64,000 nucleotides of DNA from Hormiphora californensis. Lineage: Eukaryota; Animalia; Ctenophora. The position numbers were made by a program, and so were the translations under genes. Positions 30,970 to 56,953 of this stretch are shown here, in pieces (position 1 is the first letter of the stretch; every line of letters starts with the position of its first letter). Where the stretch lies: assembly GCA_020137815.1 (NCBI GenBank), contig CM035358.1, forward strand, positions 6,634,001 through 6,698,000, read 5' to 3'. The notes under the pieces were generated by a model. The model made no database searches. It was not told the origin of the DNA and worked only from the letters and a program-made list of their open reading frames with translations.

Positions 30970-33900
30970 ATGTTCGCAAAAGGCAAGCTTCCCCTCGTCC
31001 GACCCGAAGTTGGAATCATATGGGTTTAGTTTGTCGAACCGGCAAGTTGCTAACATATTTCAAATCTTCACTACTTCTCAAATGATCTAATCCCATACAT
31101 TCAGTCTAATACCAAAATAAAATTGTAAATCCTATTAAAAATAGAGACAAAAATAATGGCACCAAAATGTGAAATGCCCTTGTAGTTAGTGGGAGCAGAA
31201 CAAAATCAATTTCTTATCTCACCACGTTAATAAATAATTAATTAAGTTGATGCTCTTATTTGTTTTAGAGGTGCTCAAGTGCTACCGCCAGCCACTGGAT
31301 GAAATTTATCCATTTCATTGTGCACAATGCACAGGCTTTGGTTACGAAGTTACCCCTTGCCAGCGCGTGCAAAGGTCGCCCGGCGACAGAGTGTGAGGTG
31401 TCTTCGATACCAAGCACAGGCTTGTGTAACAAAAAGGGGCATTTTTATAGCTTATTGTTCATCATAACCTGAAATAAATAATTTTCATTACTTTCACAAA
31501 GGCTCAAAGTTTGAATATCAAATTTGTGTAGGCGCAAATTGGTGCAGGGGCAAAAGTTTTAATTGATTATTATTAATTAATTAATTAGAAAATCAAAAAT
31601 CCGGCTCCGTTATGACTCGTATTTATACTACTAGAACATACATACAAAGTTTCATTTCGAAATTTCAAACGGTGTGGCCACAGTTTGAATATCAAAGTTG
31701 CAAAAATTGTGCAGGGGCAAACAAAATTGTGCAGGGGCAAAAGTTTTAATTACTTATAATTAATTAATTAATTAAAAAATCAGAAATCCGGCTCTTTTAT
31801 GACTCGTAGTTATACCACTAGAACATGCATGCAAAGTCTCATTTCGAAATATCAAACGGTGTGGCCACAGTTCGAATATCAAATTTACCGAAAATGTGCA
31901 GGGGCAACATTTGCCGCAAATGTACAGGGGCAAAATGTGCAGGGGCAAAATTTTAATTGCTTATAATTAATTGGATAATTAATTTTGACTATTCCCACTT
32001 TTTGTCGATCTTTCTATATGCATGAACTACATTACTACAAAATGTTAGGTCGTTATTTATAGCAGAACAGAAAATATACCATTTTTAGTTGCCTTGTTCA
32101 GGAAATGTGCAGGGGGTCGAAATCAGCGGTGCAGGGGAAAGATGGTGCAGGGGCAAAATTTTAATTACTTATAATTAATTAGTTAAATTAAAAATAAGAA
32201 ATCCAGCCTTTTTATGACTCGTAGTTATACTACTAGAACATGCATACAAAGTTTCATTTCGAAAAAACAAACGGTTTGGCCACAGTTTGAATATCAAAAT
32301 TGCAAAAAATGTGCAGGGGTATTTGCCCCTGTACATTTTCAAAAAAAGTGCAGGGGGCCCTAAAAAAGTCCATTTTTGCATGCCTATAACTAATTAATTA
32401 ATTAATTTTCAATACTCCCACTTTTCGAATATCATTTTTTATGATTTAAGAACATTCCTACAAAGTTTCAAGTCGATATTTCAAGCAGAACGGAAAATAA
32501 ACCGTGTGCAGGGGCACGCGTGCAGGGGCAAAAAATCAAAATGTACAGGGGCAATGTGCACGGGCAAATTTTGATAGCTTATAATTAATTAATTAATTAA
32601 AAAATCAAAAATCCGGCCACGTTATGACACGTAGTTATACTACTAGAACATGCCTACAAAATTTCAGGTCGATATCTCAAACGATGTGGCCGCAATCGCT
32701 GCCTGAAATTTGCCCCCCCCCCCCCCCGAAAATCTTCTATTCTTCTGCTATATGTTCGCAAAAGGCAAGCTTCCCCTCGTCCGACCCGAAGTTGGAATCA
32801 TATGGGTTTAGTTTGTCGAACCGGCAAGTTGCTAACATATTTCAAATCTTCACTACTTCTCAAATGATCTAATCCCATACATTCAGTCTAATACCAAAAT
32901 AAAATTGTAAATCCTATTAAAAATAGAGACAAAAATAATGGCACCAAAATGTGAAATGCCCTTGTAGTTAGTGGGAGCAGAACAAAATCAATTTCTTATC
33001 TCACCACGTTAATAAATAATTAATTAAGTTGATGCTCTTATTTGTTTTAGAGGTGCTCAAGTTCTACCGCCAGCCACTGGATGAAATTTATCCATTTCAT
33101 TGTGCACAATGCACAGGCTTTGGTTACGAAGTTACCCCTTGCCAGCGCGTGCAAAGGTCGCCCGGCGACAGAGTGTGAGGTGTCTTCGATACCAAGCACA
33201 GGCTTGTGTAACAAAAAGGGGCATTTTTATAGCTTATTGTTCATCATAACCTGAAATAAATAATTTTCATTACTTTCACAAAGGCTCAAAGTTTGAATAT
33301 CAAATTTGTGTAGGCGCAAATTGGTGCAGGGGCAAAAGTTTTAATTGATTATTATTAATTAATTAATTAGAAAATCAAAAATCCGGCTCCGTTATGACTC
33401 GTATTTATACTACTAGAACATACATACAAAGTTTCATTTCGAAATTTCAAACGGTGTGGCCACAGTTTGAATATCAAAGTTGCAAAAATTGTGCAGGGGC
33501 AAACAAAATTGTGCAGGGGCAAAAGTTTTAATTACTTATAATTAATTAATTAATTAAAAAATCAGAAATCCGGCTCTTTTATGACTCGTAGTTATACCAC
33601 TAGAACATGCATGCAAAGTCTCATTTCGAAATATCAAACGGTGTGGCCACAGTTCGAATATCAAATTTACCGAAAATGTGCAGGGGCAACATTTGCCGCA
33701 AATGTACAGGGGCAAAATGTGCAGGGGCAAAATTTTAATTGCTTATAATTAATTGGATAATTAATTTTGACTATTCCCACTTTTTGTCGATCTTTCTATA
33801 TGCATGAACTACATTACTACAAAATGTTAGGTCGTTATTTATAGCAGAACAGAAAATATACCATTTTTAGTTGCCTTGTTCAGGAAATGTGCAGGGGGTC

Positions 33901-34542
33901 GAAATCAGCGGTGCAGGGGAAAGATGGTGCAGGGGCAAAATTTTAATTACTTATAATTAATTAGTTAAATTAAAAATAAGAAATCCAGCCTTTTTATGAC
34001 TCGTAGTTATACTACTAGAACATGCATACAAAGTTTCATTTCGAAAAAACAAACGGTTTGGCCACAGTTTGAATATCAAAATTGCAAAAAATGTGCAGGG
34101 GTATTTGCCCCTGTACATTTTCAAAAAAAGTGCAGGGGGCCCTAAAAAAGTCCATTTTTGCATGCCTATAACTAATTAATTAATTAATTTTCAATACTCC
34201 CACTTTTCGAATATCATTTTTTATGATTGAAGAACATTCCTACAAAGTTTCAAGTCGATATTTCAAGCAGAACGGAAGATAAACCGTGTGCAGGGGCACG
34301 CGTGCAGGGGCAAAAAATCAAAATGTACAGGGGCAATGTGCAGGGGCAAATTTTGATAGCTTATAATTAATTAATTAATTAAAAAATCAAAAATCCGGCC
34401 ACGTTATGACACGTAGTTATACTACTAGAACATGCCTACAAAATTTCAGGTCGATATCTCAAACGATGTGGCCGCAATCGCTGCCTGAAATTTGCCCCCC
34501 CCCCCCCCCCCCCCCCCGAAAATCTTCTATTCTTCTGCTATA
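30970..34542. mobile_element. Head-to-tail near-identical duplication (period 1782 bp) of a Helentron/HINE-like non-autonomous element with internal ~190-210-bp subrepeats
   Basis: ATGTTCGCAAAAGGCAAGCTTCCCC starts at 30970 and 32752, and identical ORF-track peptides lie 1782 bp apart (32175 and 33957). Subrepeats read GTGCAGGGGCAAA..TTAATTAATT..TTATGACTCGTAGTTATACTACTAGAACATGCATACAAAGTTTCA. The class assignment is an inference. Confidence 0.75.
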
Positions 34543-35834
34543 TAGGGCCGTCACTTTTTGGATTTGGTGCAGGGGCAAAAATTTTTTTTTTCGTTTTTTC
34601 TGTTTTCTTCGGGTCGGAGGTGCCTGCCGGCACCTAAATATTCCCCAGCAATTATTTGATTGATGATATTCTCCGTAGGTCGCCCCGTGGTCTAATGAGT
34701 GGGGGAGAAGCCTCGCCCCGGCTACAATCTGATTGTGAAAGTATTGCATCTTCTACCATGTCTGCATCTCGTATCCGGAGGAAAAACGGTAAATCCCCCT
34801 CCGGCCTCCCCTCCCCTCTCCCTCCCCCTCCCCTCCCCTCCCCGGCCTCGGTCACTGGCTGGGTCAGTTGAAAGTGTGCCGTTAGAATTTGTCTGTGTTA
34901 GTCTATTTTGTTGAGTTAACAGATACCCAACATTAACAAATTAATATTATTTCTTGTTTCAGCTAAAATTGGAGCTATGAAGATAGAGGTTGGGAAACAT
35001 CAGCCCTAGAAAAATGAGAAGAAAGATGCTATGATAGAATGACTTAACTTGCCTGGCTAGACTGTGTTACAAATGTAAAGGGAGGGTTAGAACATAGCAA
35101 GACATGACATGATGATGACGTCTGAGTATGCACCTCCATGAATTGTCACGCAGAGTCTGTCAGGCCATTGCTCTGACAGCGCAGAGTGGACGAACGTGGT
35201 GCCAGATAGGATCAACAATAAGTGAAATTGAATCAGAAAAACTGAATATGATTGGTAGAGTTTTATTATTCTCTCTGGGATGAATATTAATATTATGAAC
35301 TATTTTGACCGCGACACGGACACTGACAGTGACACAGACATGACACACAGCTCAGCCACCACACTTGCCCGCGTAGCGGGCAAGCCCCGTATGTGAGGGG
35401 ATCGTATGAGAGGGGATCGCCTTGGCGCCATTGCCGCCTGTCTGCTTCACAGATGTGCGAGCTCGATCTCGATCTCGCACGCACTAGGTGTCAATGTCAC
35501 CAAGGGATCGCCCTACGGGCGCGCGAACATTGGGGGCGCGACGTGCCCAACCACCACACTAATTATTGACTGACACAGATTTATTTTGTATAGGATTTTG
35601 TAAATTAAGTATATTTATTGTACAGGTTAGCGATTTATTAAATTTTCCAAATTTAAGACTTTTTTAATGTTTCAATAATCAGGATGGGGAATTTGTTGTG
35701 ACGCGCCGGTTGTTTCTCTTTTCCTTGCATTGCAGCGAGCGCAAATCGCGCCGCGCGGTTTAATTTCTGAAATTTGAAATTTTCAAAACAAAATTGTTTT
35801 GCCGTTTTTCAACATTGAGGAGATTCGAAGCAAA

Positions 35835-36635
35835 ATGACTAGCGCCGAAAGCAGGAACCTTGATCTCCTGTCTGAGAAAGGTGCATCTTCTTGGCTTACT
35901 TGTCTTCCCCTCCAAGCATTAAACTTTACCCTGAACAGACAAGAGTGGCATGATGCTCTGTCTGCACGATACAACCTGCCGCTGACAGGAGAAGCACTGC
36001 CTACCAACTGCGTGTGTGGAGAGGAAAATAGTATCGATCACTCAATCTCATGTAAGATCGGCGGTTTTGTATGCTTTCGCCACAACAACGTGAGAGACTT
36101 CATTGCAAGTGAGTTCAGTAATGTGTGTCATGACACGAAAGTTGAACCCCATCTGCTAAATGTACGAGGAATGAGTCTCCCAGAGGGAACTATTACGGCG
36201 GATGGAGCTCGCCTAGATATCAGTACACGTGATTTCTGGTCTAGCATGGATAACACCTATTTTGATGTGAGGGTATTTAATCCTAGGGTGGCATCCAACT
36301 CTAACCAGGCAATCTCTAAAGTGTATGAAAAACATGAGAGGGAGAAAAAGACTGGCTACCTTCATCGGGTCATTGAAGTGGAAAAATCTTCATTTACACC
36401 TCTGGTAATGTCCACGACGGGGGGTCTCGGTCGGGAATTCAAAAAGACACTGAAACAGCTAGCCGATAAGAAAGCTAAGAAAACGGGATACACCTACGAC
36501 CAATGCATCCGTTATCTTCGACTCAGGCTATCTTTCGCCATGGTGCGATCAATAACTGTTTCCATCAGGGGGCATCGGGGTAGATTGAGGGGCGAGGGCA
36601 ACAGGGACGAGCAGCTATATCAAGTGGGGCAATAG
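35835..36635 (+). mobile_element. Intact ORF matching the C-terminal zinc-knuckle plus restriction-like endonuclease region of CRE-type non-LTR retrotransposons; no RT present
   Basis: KGASSWLTCLP...C.CG...DHSISCKIGG..FRHNNVRD...VEPHL...RLDI..RDFW...YFDVRVFNP...HEREKK...FTPLVMSTTGGLG...RLSFAMVRS. Confidence 0.75.
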
Positions 36636-36986
36636 ACTCATTTTATATTTAATTTATTACAGTTTTTATCATTGTTAAGTGTCTACACCTATTTATATTC
36701 AGGCCGATGTTGGCCGCCACCCCCCGTTTTTCAACATTTTTTCTCTTGTCTCGAGACAAAAATAGTTTCGAAGATTTTTTGACTAGAACTAGTCAATTAA
36801 ACAGTTGAAGGCATATTTGAAGATGCCTGAACCCAATTTCAGTCTTCTATATTATTTTTCGTTCGCCAAAATCAGCTCGTCACCTCCAGACTGAAGTGAA
36901 TCAGCGTTCACTGGTTCACAGACGAATCATAAAACAAGAACATAAGACACTGAACACTCTTTTAAACATAAACCCGTTAATAGACA

Positions 36987-48943
<11,957 letters not shown>

Positions 48944-49980
48944 AGACATGGCTACCTGGCAACTATAATATCACGGTGATATTATCACCTGGCAACCGGA
49001 CTCTATGCATGTATGGATTGGTTACCATGGCAACCATGGTATCTTTCATGACCACCCTGTATTTATTTTTCTAGGTTTTATGCCCTTCGTGTGTTTTGTT
49101 TGTGTGCATGTTTGAATGTGTCTTTGATCAGAATAATTTGAAATTTTGAGAAACAATTTGAAATTTGTATTTGTTTTAAACCCCGTTTATAATTCCAAGA
49201 AAAAGACAGTGATTTAATTTGTCAACTCCTGCATACTACTGCTGCAGTAATTGTGTTTCCTTGCCTGGGATTGGCCCCGAGGCGCTTGCCAGCGCTGCAA
49301 TTCCAAATGAAAAGACGTTGATTTAATTTGTTTGAATGGGGAGGAGGTATATATATAAAACATTGTATATACAGGGGGGATAACCGTATGTATCTAGGGA
49401 TGGTGTACAACACAACACAATAAATTAAAAAGAGAGGGGTTTCAAAGATAGCTAGAGGGAGGGAGGTAATATATGTATAGAGAACCAAACACAAGATAAC
49501 TCTGTCAGACCACCACTCACCTCGCCCCGCTCGCAGGAGCGAGGTGCGAGAGAGGGTCTGGTGGTCATCTAGTGGTCATCTCTCTAAACCAACTACGTAT
49601 TGTATATATTCACTTGAAAGTTATTTTAGTCTAATCACAAAACTTAACTGAAGGATAACTAACAGACACAAACACTCAAACTGAAACAAACACACACACA
49701 CACACACATACACACTCACACACACACTGTCTGGCGCCGGGACCCCATCTGAGCGATTTGAGAATCAAATCGAGGTCTGGCGCCGCCAGACAGCGCACCC
49801 ACGATATACTTCCCATTTTAAGTCGCTTTATTTGTTCCCACTTGAAGACCATCACAGGCCACAAGTGAGATACTACATGGATTTGAAAAAGCTCATAGTT
49901 TAGTTTGGCCTAGATGAGTTTTAGTTCAACAGACACACAGACATACAAAAACATACGGTTAATACATTTCTAGAGAGGTA

Positions 49981-50117
49981 CAGTCGGACACCGATTTACC
50001 GGGAACCCCGATTTACCGGGAGGATACATTTCCCCTGATATAGGAAGTTAACAGTACCCATTTGACCTCGGTCCTCGATATATCGGGAAAATATCCCGGT
50101 AAATCGGGGTCCAACTG
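49981..50117. mobile_element. Tc1/mariner-like MITE of the same family, TA-flanked
   Basis: TA-CAGTCGGACACCGATTTACCGGGA...TCCCGGTAAATCGGGGTCCAACTG-TA. Confidence 0.85.
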
Positions 50118-50285
50118 TAATAATATATTGCACAACAATACCCGCAAAAAAAACAAACAACAAAACAGGATATTGAAGAGGGAGAGAAGTATGTATAATT
50201 ATATAATTACCGCCTCATAATATATGTACACAACTATACCACGATATTGAGTTACAAAACGTATCCTATTGTGCTACACACAAAC

Positions 50286-50662
50286 CAGGAACCGACCGAA
50301 ACAAGTAAACAACCAATCAGAACTCGTTATTTAGGTCACGTGACTGGTTATCAGCCAATTAGGGACCATTAACAAAATAGACAACGATATAATGGTACTA
50401 AATCAAATAAATTGACAGAAGCTTTCGAGATCACTGTGTATCACGTCTTCAGCTATAATGAGAGTGAGGGTGGTAGTCCTTATAAGGGAGGAGAAGAGAT
50501 AGGTGATCCAGAGGGAGGAGATGTGGTTAGGAAGGAGAGGTGATCCAGGGAGGGGAGAGAGGTAAGTGATCCAGGGAGGAGAGCAGCTAGGAAGCGGTAG
50601 GTGATCCGAACTTAGGTGATCCGAACTTAGGGACCAGTATTTTCTGATTCGGTCGGTTCCTG
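50286..50662 (+). mobile_element. hAT-type MITE interrupted by a ~260-bp insert
   Basis: Outer TSD ACACAAAC; inner duplication TTAGGGACCA at 50359-50368 and 50627-50636. Confidence 0.85.
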
Positions 50663-51041
50663 ACACAAACACACACACACACACATGTCATTTTCTCAAT
50701 TGATTGAACACATGTCATTTTCTCAATTGATTGAACACTTGTATTTCTCAACTTATTGAACACATGTATTTCGCAATTGACACATGTCCACTGCTACCAG
50801 CCGTGCATCACCTAGCAACCAGCTTACAGTTTAGATGGAGAAGGTACACCCTGATCAAAAGGGTGAGGTGAGCCTTCCCTGTCTGTAAGGTGGCAGGTAC
50901 ACGGTCTGATATAAGTGATAGAACCCTTGCGGAATCATAACAAAGCCCAAATCTTCACAAACTACACAGAGAGGGGGTTTAGGGGGAGATACATATCTTA
51001 TTATTAGGTATTCATTTCATTCACAGCCCATGGGGTAGAAA

Positions 51042-51150
51042 CAGGAACCGACCGACATAAGTAAACAACCAGTCAGAACTCGTTATCTAGGTCACATGAC
51101 TGGTTATCAGCCAATCAGGGACCAGTATTTCCTACTTCGGTCGGTTCCTG
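51042..51150 (+). mobile_element. 109-bp hAT-type MITE
   Basis: Family TIRs with TSD GGTAGAAA. Confidence 0.93.
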
Positions 51151-51373
51151 GGTAGAAAGATATATATTGGCTCACAATAGGGGGGGGGCTCTGGGCTGTG
51201 GTATATAAACTTTGAGACACCTCTTGTCTAGATATCTAGAGGGATACCAGATCTATACATTCTAACTATATATATATCTCTTCAGTCTTGTCGAATGAAA
51301 TATAATTTGAGTTTTGATTTTGGGAGCTTGGAAGGATATATATAAATCTGACAACCTCTAGATCCAAGCAGTG

Positions 51374-51482
51374 CTGGAACCGACCGAACCAAGTAAACAA
51401 CCAATCAGAACTCGTTATTTAGGTCACGTGACTGGTTATCAGCCAATCAAGGACCAGTATTTACTGGTTCGGTCGGTTCCTG
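51374..51482 (+). mobile_element. 109-bp hAT-type MITE
   Basis: Family TIRs with TSD AAGCAGTG/AAGCAGAG (one mismatch). Confidence 0.9.
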
Positions 51483-51787
51483 AAGCAGAGCTGGGGCTCA
51501 GTTTATAAAATGTACAACGGTCAATGATACTTCTTATCATCCTTTCCTCTCTTAATCCTTGGCAAAAGAGGGGGAGAGAGAGAAAGCCGGGGGTACTAAA
51601 AATCTCTGGCACACACACCCATCTTCGCGGATAGTATCATGATGAGTCTCTCATCCTCGCACAATATATTGTAGTAAATCACAAGCAAAATATACAGCAA
51701 AAAAACTTATCACATCATATATCGAGAGAGAAGGATTTGGGGGAGACAAAAGCTAGGAATTCAAGGTTTGGGATCTATAACAATATC

Positions 51788-53774
51788 TCATATCCCGCTC
51801 GACAGATCAGGATTAGAAGTCCGGTTTAAATGCCGACCCTGTGGGCATATCTCATTATACTCATTGTATATCTTTATACTCTCGTACATCGAGTTTGATT
51901 GTCTGTTTTGGAGACGGTATACGTCAGTAGGGGTTGTGGTGGCTGCGGAGGAAGATTTGGAGCGGGTCAGAGTGACGCAGTGGATGGTCAGGACGGTTAG
52001 GATGATTCCAAGAGCGAAGGAGCCAAGGGAGATTCCTATTAGGAGACCAACACTGATTGCATCGTTCTTTGGCGCGATCGTATCTGAAGGGTGGGAGGGG
52101 GTTAGACACTGTTTTTGTTTTACCAGGGGTTAGACATAGTTTAGAAGATCTGAATCCCCCCCCCCCCCGTGAATCATCATAAATAGTACGATAGTAACAG
52201 TCAGCAGACCGGCAAGTGCCTAGTATTGTTATTTTCAAAGACACTAAATGAGACATGATGATGATTACAGTTTGGGGTCTCTGAGAGACCAAGGAGAGAC
52301 CGTCTCTCCTCCCCAACTGCCCAGAGACAGACACACGGAGCAGTCATCAGTGGTTTGGTCTCTCATGGGATCCATATAACTTATTTAGACCGTATAAATA
52401 TCTCTCAGATGTTTATAACACCCCCCCCCCCCCCCCCAATAGAGCTCTAAACAAATCATTATGATCTGATGTAGAACAAACAGTGATCTTGAAAACCTCC
52501 TACCCCAAACAGAGCTGTAAACAGAGATCAACCTACCGATTGGAATGTTGTTCTCAAACCCATTTACCCCCCCCCCCCAATACAGCTCTAATCAACCTAC
52601 CGATTGGAATTGTATCCCCACACCCCTTTACCACGTCAGTACTGGTGGTATTATCGGTGGGGGTGGTGGTATAGTTTCGGACCGAAATGGGCCCTGCTAG
52701 AAGGTAGTCATCTAAACGGAGACCATCCTCTCCGTCAGTAACGAGAGGAGAAACGGGGTCTCGCTTACAGATATCACTACCACTCGAACACTGTGGAGGA
52801 AGGGGGTTAGAATACTGTGGAGGGTTTGGGAGTGAGTTGAAGTTGGAGCACTTTCAATAATATCAAAAAGGTGATTTTATGGCATGTATATGTGATGTGA
52901 TCTTTAAATGTCGACTCACCGCTTGAATATCGGGGGTGATAAGAAACATGCTTTTTTACGGGAAAATAGTTTTTTGGGATTGGAAACCCTTGGCATTTTA
53001 CTTGATTTTAAATTTTTGTTGAAAAGGGCTGATTGGTTTGGGGGGGGAGAAACAGTTAATGGGGTTTGGGGGAAAAAGGAGATAAAGGGTTAGGGATTTT
53101 TTCACAAAATTGGGGGGGGGTTTTTGGGGGTTGGGCTTCTCGGCTGAAAAAGGAATTTGCGGGGGGGATTGGGGGGGGGGGGGAGAACAAAAAGTGGGGA
53201 AAGAGGGGGGGGAAAGAAAAGGGATAGGAGAGAAAAGGGAGGGGAGGGGGGAAAAAAAGGGGGGGGGAAAAGGGGGGGCTCGGCCCCCTTGGGATGAAAA
53301 CAGTTATAGAATGAGCCATTTTTTTCCCTCAATCATGCCAGACGTTCGGTCTATCGGATGGCCCCATTTGGAGGAGGAGGGGGGGGGAAAAAAAAGGGGG
53401 AAGAAGGGGAGGGGGGGGGAGAATGGTGTTAAACGTTTATCAGTGAGTGGGAGATTAACTGTCAACACCCTTCCCCGTTACACTTCAATCTGCTTTTTTC
53501 TTCCCGGGGAGGGGGGGGGGAATAAACGGGAAAAATTTTGAAAAAGGGGGGGGTGGTGGGGGGGGTGGGTGGGGGGCCCCTGGGTGGGGAGAGAGGGGTG
53601 GATAGCGCGCGGGGGGCACTGGCGGGATTGCAGGAAAATTTGTTTCCCCAAAAACCGGAAAGAGAGGGAAAGAGGAAAGAAAATGATGTTTAACAAGCGA
53701 GACAAGGGGCCCCCAAAAAAATTTTTGGGAACTCTCTCCGTTGATCAGTAGACCCTTCTAAATGACCAAAAAGA

Positions 53775-53830
<56 letters not shown>

Positions 53831-56800
53831 AAGAGAGAGATAGAAAGGTAAATGTTGAATATGAGGGAGACATCTGAGGTATCCAGGCTGCACTCATAAA
53901 ATCTAATACCCCAGTCTATGATCAGTATGACAGTAAAGTCCCAGACAACACGGTAATAGGGTCGAAATAAGAGAGAAAAAAGAAGAGAGAGAGGGGGGGG
54001 CCGTCACCTTTTTTTTCGCCCATATTTGCCCATATTTGCCCATATGGGCAAAACTGAATTTTCAAAAATCGTGGGACTTTGGGCAAAAATGGGCAAACGT
54101 GGGCAAAAATGGGCAAAATGAAATTTTCAGTGTTATATGTCGTTTTTTCAACTCTATAACTTGATTTAACTTATTCAGAGTGAAAGTGAACAGCCCTGAT
54201 TTTGATATAACTCGGTCAGAATGGTATTTGGTGTCATATTAGAAGTCAACAAAATTTTAGTGCTCAAATCCTAAGTTTAGGATTTTTTAGGTTTTAGGTT
54301 TTTTGGCTTTCATGGGTTTCAGAAACGTCCTAGAACAAAATAAACCCATAAAAGCCTAAAACCTTTAAAAAAAATTAAAAAATCCTAAATTTACGATTTG
54401 ACCACTAAACAATTTTTTGACTTCTAATGTGACACCAAAGACCATTCTGACCGAGTTTTATCATAATCAGGGCTTTTCTCTCTCACTTTAAAGAATTAAA
54501 ATCAAGTTATAGAGTTGAAAAAACAACAAAAAACACTAAAAATTTCATTTTGCCCATTTTTGCCCACTTTTGCCCATTTTGCCCATTTTTGCCCATATGG
54601 GCAAAACCAAAATTCGCTGGGATTATGGGCAATGGGCAAAAAAAAAGGTGGTGGCCCCCCCAGAGAGAGAGAGAGAGGGTGAAGAAAGAGGAAAGACCAG
54701 AAAACCAACCACCACTTTATTAATAGAAGAAGAAAGAAAAGAAAAGTACTCACTGGCATAGTTGAGGAAAACAATAGATCCATCAAGAGGACAGGATCGT
54801 GAAATGAGAACGTGCCGATCCAGGATATTGTCCTTGTTGGGCGACAAGAAACACTCCTCAACCACCGCTGACATGTTGGGGTCCGTTACTGGGGAGAGGG
54901 AGGGGAGGGGTGTTAGTGTTGGGGTCCGTTACTGGGGAGAGGGAGGGGAGGGGTGTTAGTGTTGGGGTCCGTTACTGCAAGGGGGAGGGGTGTTAGGGTG
55001 GTGTTACTGCAAGGGGGAGGGGTGTTAGGGTGGTGTTACTGAAGGGGAGAGCCGAGAGGGAGGGTGTTAGGGGGAGGGGTGTTAGTGTCCGTTACTGCAA
55101 GGGGGAGGGGTGTTAGGTTGGTGTTACTGCAAGGGAGAGCCGAGAGGGAGGGTGTTAGGGGGTGTTGGGGCAAGGGGGAGGGGTGTTAGGGTGGTGTTAC
55201 TGCAAGGGGGAGGGTGTTAGGGGGGGGGGGTGTTGGGGCAAGAGGGGAGACAGGACGAGTATAAAGGTAAGAAGAAGGAATTTGCAAAGCGAGAGGTTGA
55301 GAAAAGGTCTGCGTGCCTGTGTAGGGGGGGGGCTAAAGACAGTTCATAATGAACTGGCATGATGGAAATTCAATTTTAATTCCGATCTCGACTAGACTTG
55401 GGTAATACCCAGGCTAAACTCTTCAGCACTCTCTCTTTCTCTCTTTTTTTTCTCTCTCTCTCTCTCTCACATCGTCTCATTTTCTCTCCTTACTCCATTC
55501 ATCTCACTTCCCTATTCCAATAATATATGCAACTTTGGCTTGGAATGCATTTAGAAAATATTGCAGTTTACCGGCGTTTTTACCCGTCAAAAGTCTACTT
55601 TATACCCTCCCTCAGACTACAAGGATTTGCGTCATGGTCAAAAAAGGGCCGGATAATGGTCGATAATATAGTGAAGGGGTAAGGTATGAATGAGCACAAA
55701 AGAGGAAACATTGAGAGATGGTTTTCCCACGTTATCAATAATTCAGTTTTTATCCAAAAGTTGACTAACTAAACACGTACTCTCATTAAGATCCGCTTTG
55801 AAGTACACGTATCCATTGTACGGGACTGAGGAGGTTGTTATTTGGCTCCTGAAATCTGCATCTTCGAATATGTCCAGGTGGTAGATGGAAGATTTGGAGA
55901 CAGCTTCGAGGCCTGTTTTGTTGTATATCCGACATTGTACGTCAATCTACAGGGAGAGAGGGGGTGTAATCACTGTTTACTAATCAGTGGTGTTTTTAAC
56001 AGGTTTATATTTTGGTTTAATTTAGGGCATTTTAATTTAGGGCATTCTCAATAGCGTATTGTTTATTGTACAGTATTGTCATTGGTCAGACTGCTAAATA
56101 TATCAAGTGAATGGAGTATTGTATATTGTACATACTGCTATTATATCATATTTCAAGTGAATGGAATATTGGTCAACAACCACTATAGTTGGTGACAGGA
56201 TGGCGAGTAACAATTTCATTACAGCCTGTTTTTACAGGGAGGGGGTAGGTTTTTTAACACATCCCTGGTTAGTAAATCAACACAGTCACGTGACTCGAAA
56301 TGAAACTATGTCACGTGACACAACAAGTCACGTGACAGGAACCGACCGAATCAGGAAATACTGGTCCCTGATTGGCTGATAACCAGTCACGTGACCTAAA
56401 TAACGAGTTCTGATTGGTTGTTTACTTGTTTCGGTCGGTTCCTGTCACGTGACACGTGGTTTTACCTGCTTCATCTGGCTGTCAAACAAGGTGACGTTGA
56501 TGGCGGCTGTGTAGAGTGTGGAATAACGTTCCTTGGTGGCTTGAAAGCCGCACTGCGTGTACCTAAAAAAGGGGTTAAAGTTAGAGAGAGGGAAGGAGAG
56601 AGAGAGAGATAGAGAGAGATAAAGAGATAGAGAGAGTGAAATTGAGTTACCACTGCCGTGGTTGCTATAGTGTGAACAGGAAGAGAAGTTATAAAGAATT
56701 GAGTACGTGTGGTTAGAGAGAGAAGAGCGTAAGAAGGAGAGGGAGAGAGAAGGAGGGAGAAGAGAGATAGGGATAAAGAAGGAGGGGGAGAGAGAAGGGG

Positions 56801-56895
56801 GACCTTCTGACAGAGTTAGAAAGTTAGTTAGAAATAGTTAGAGGAGTGTAGAAATGAGGGTGAAAAGAGATAGAGGAGACCTATAGCGAGTGAGT

Positions 56896-56953
<58 letters not shown>

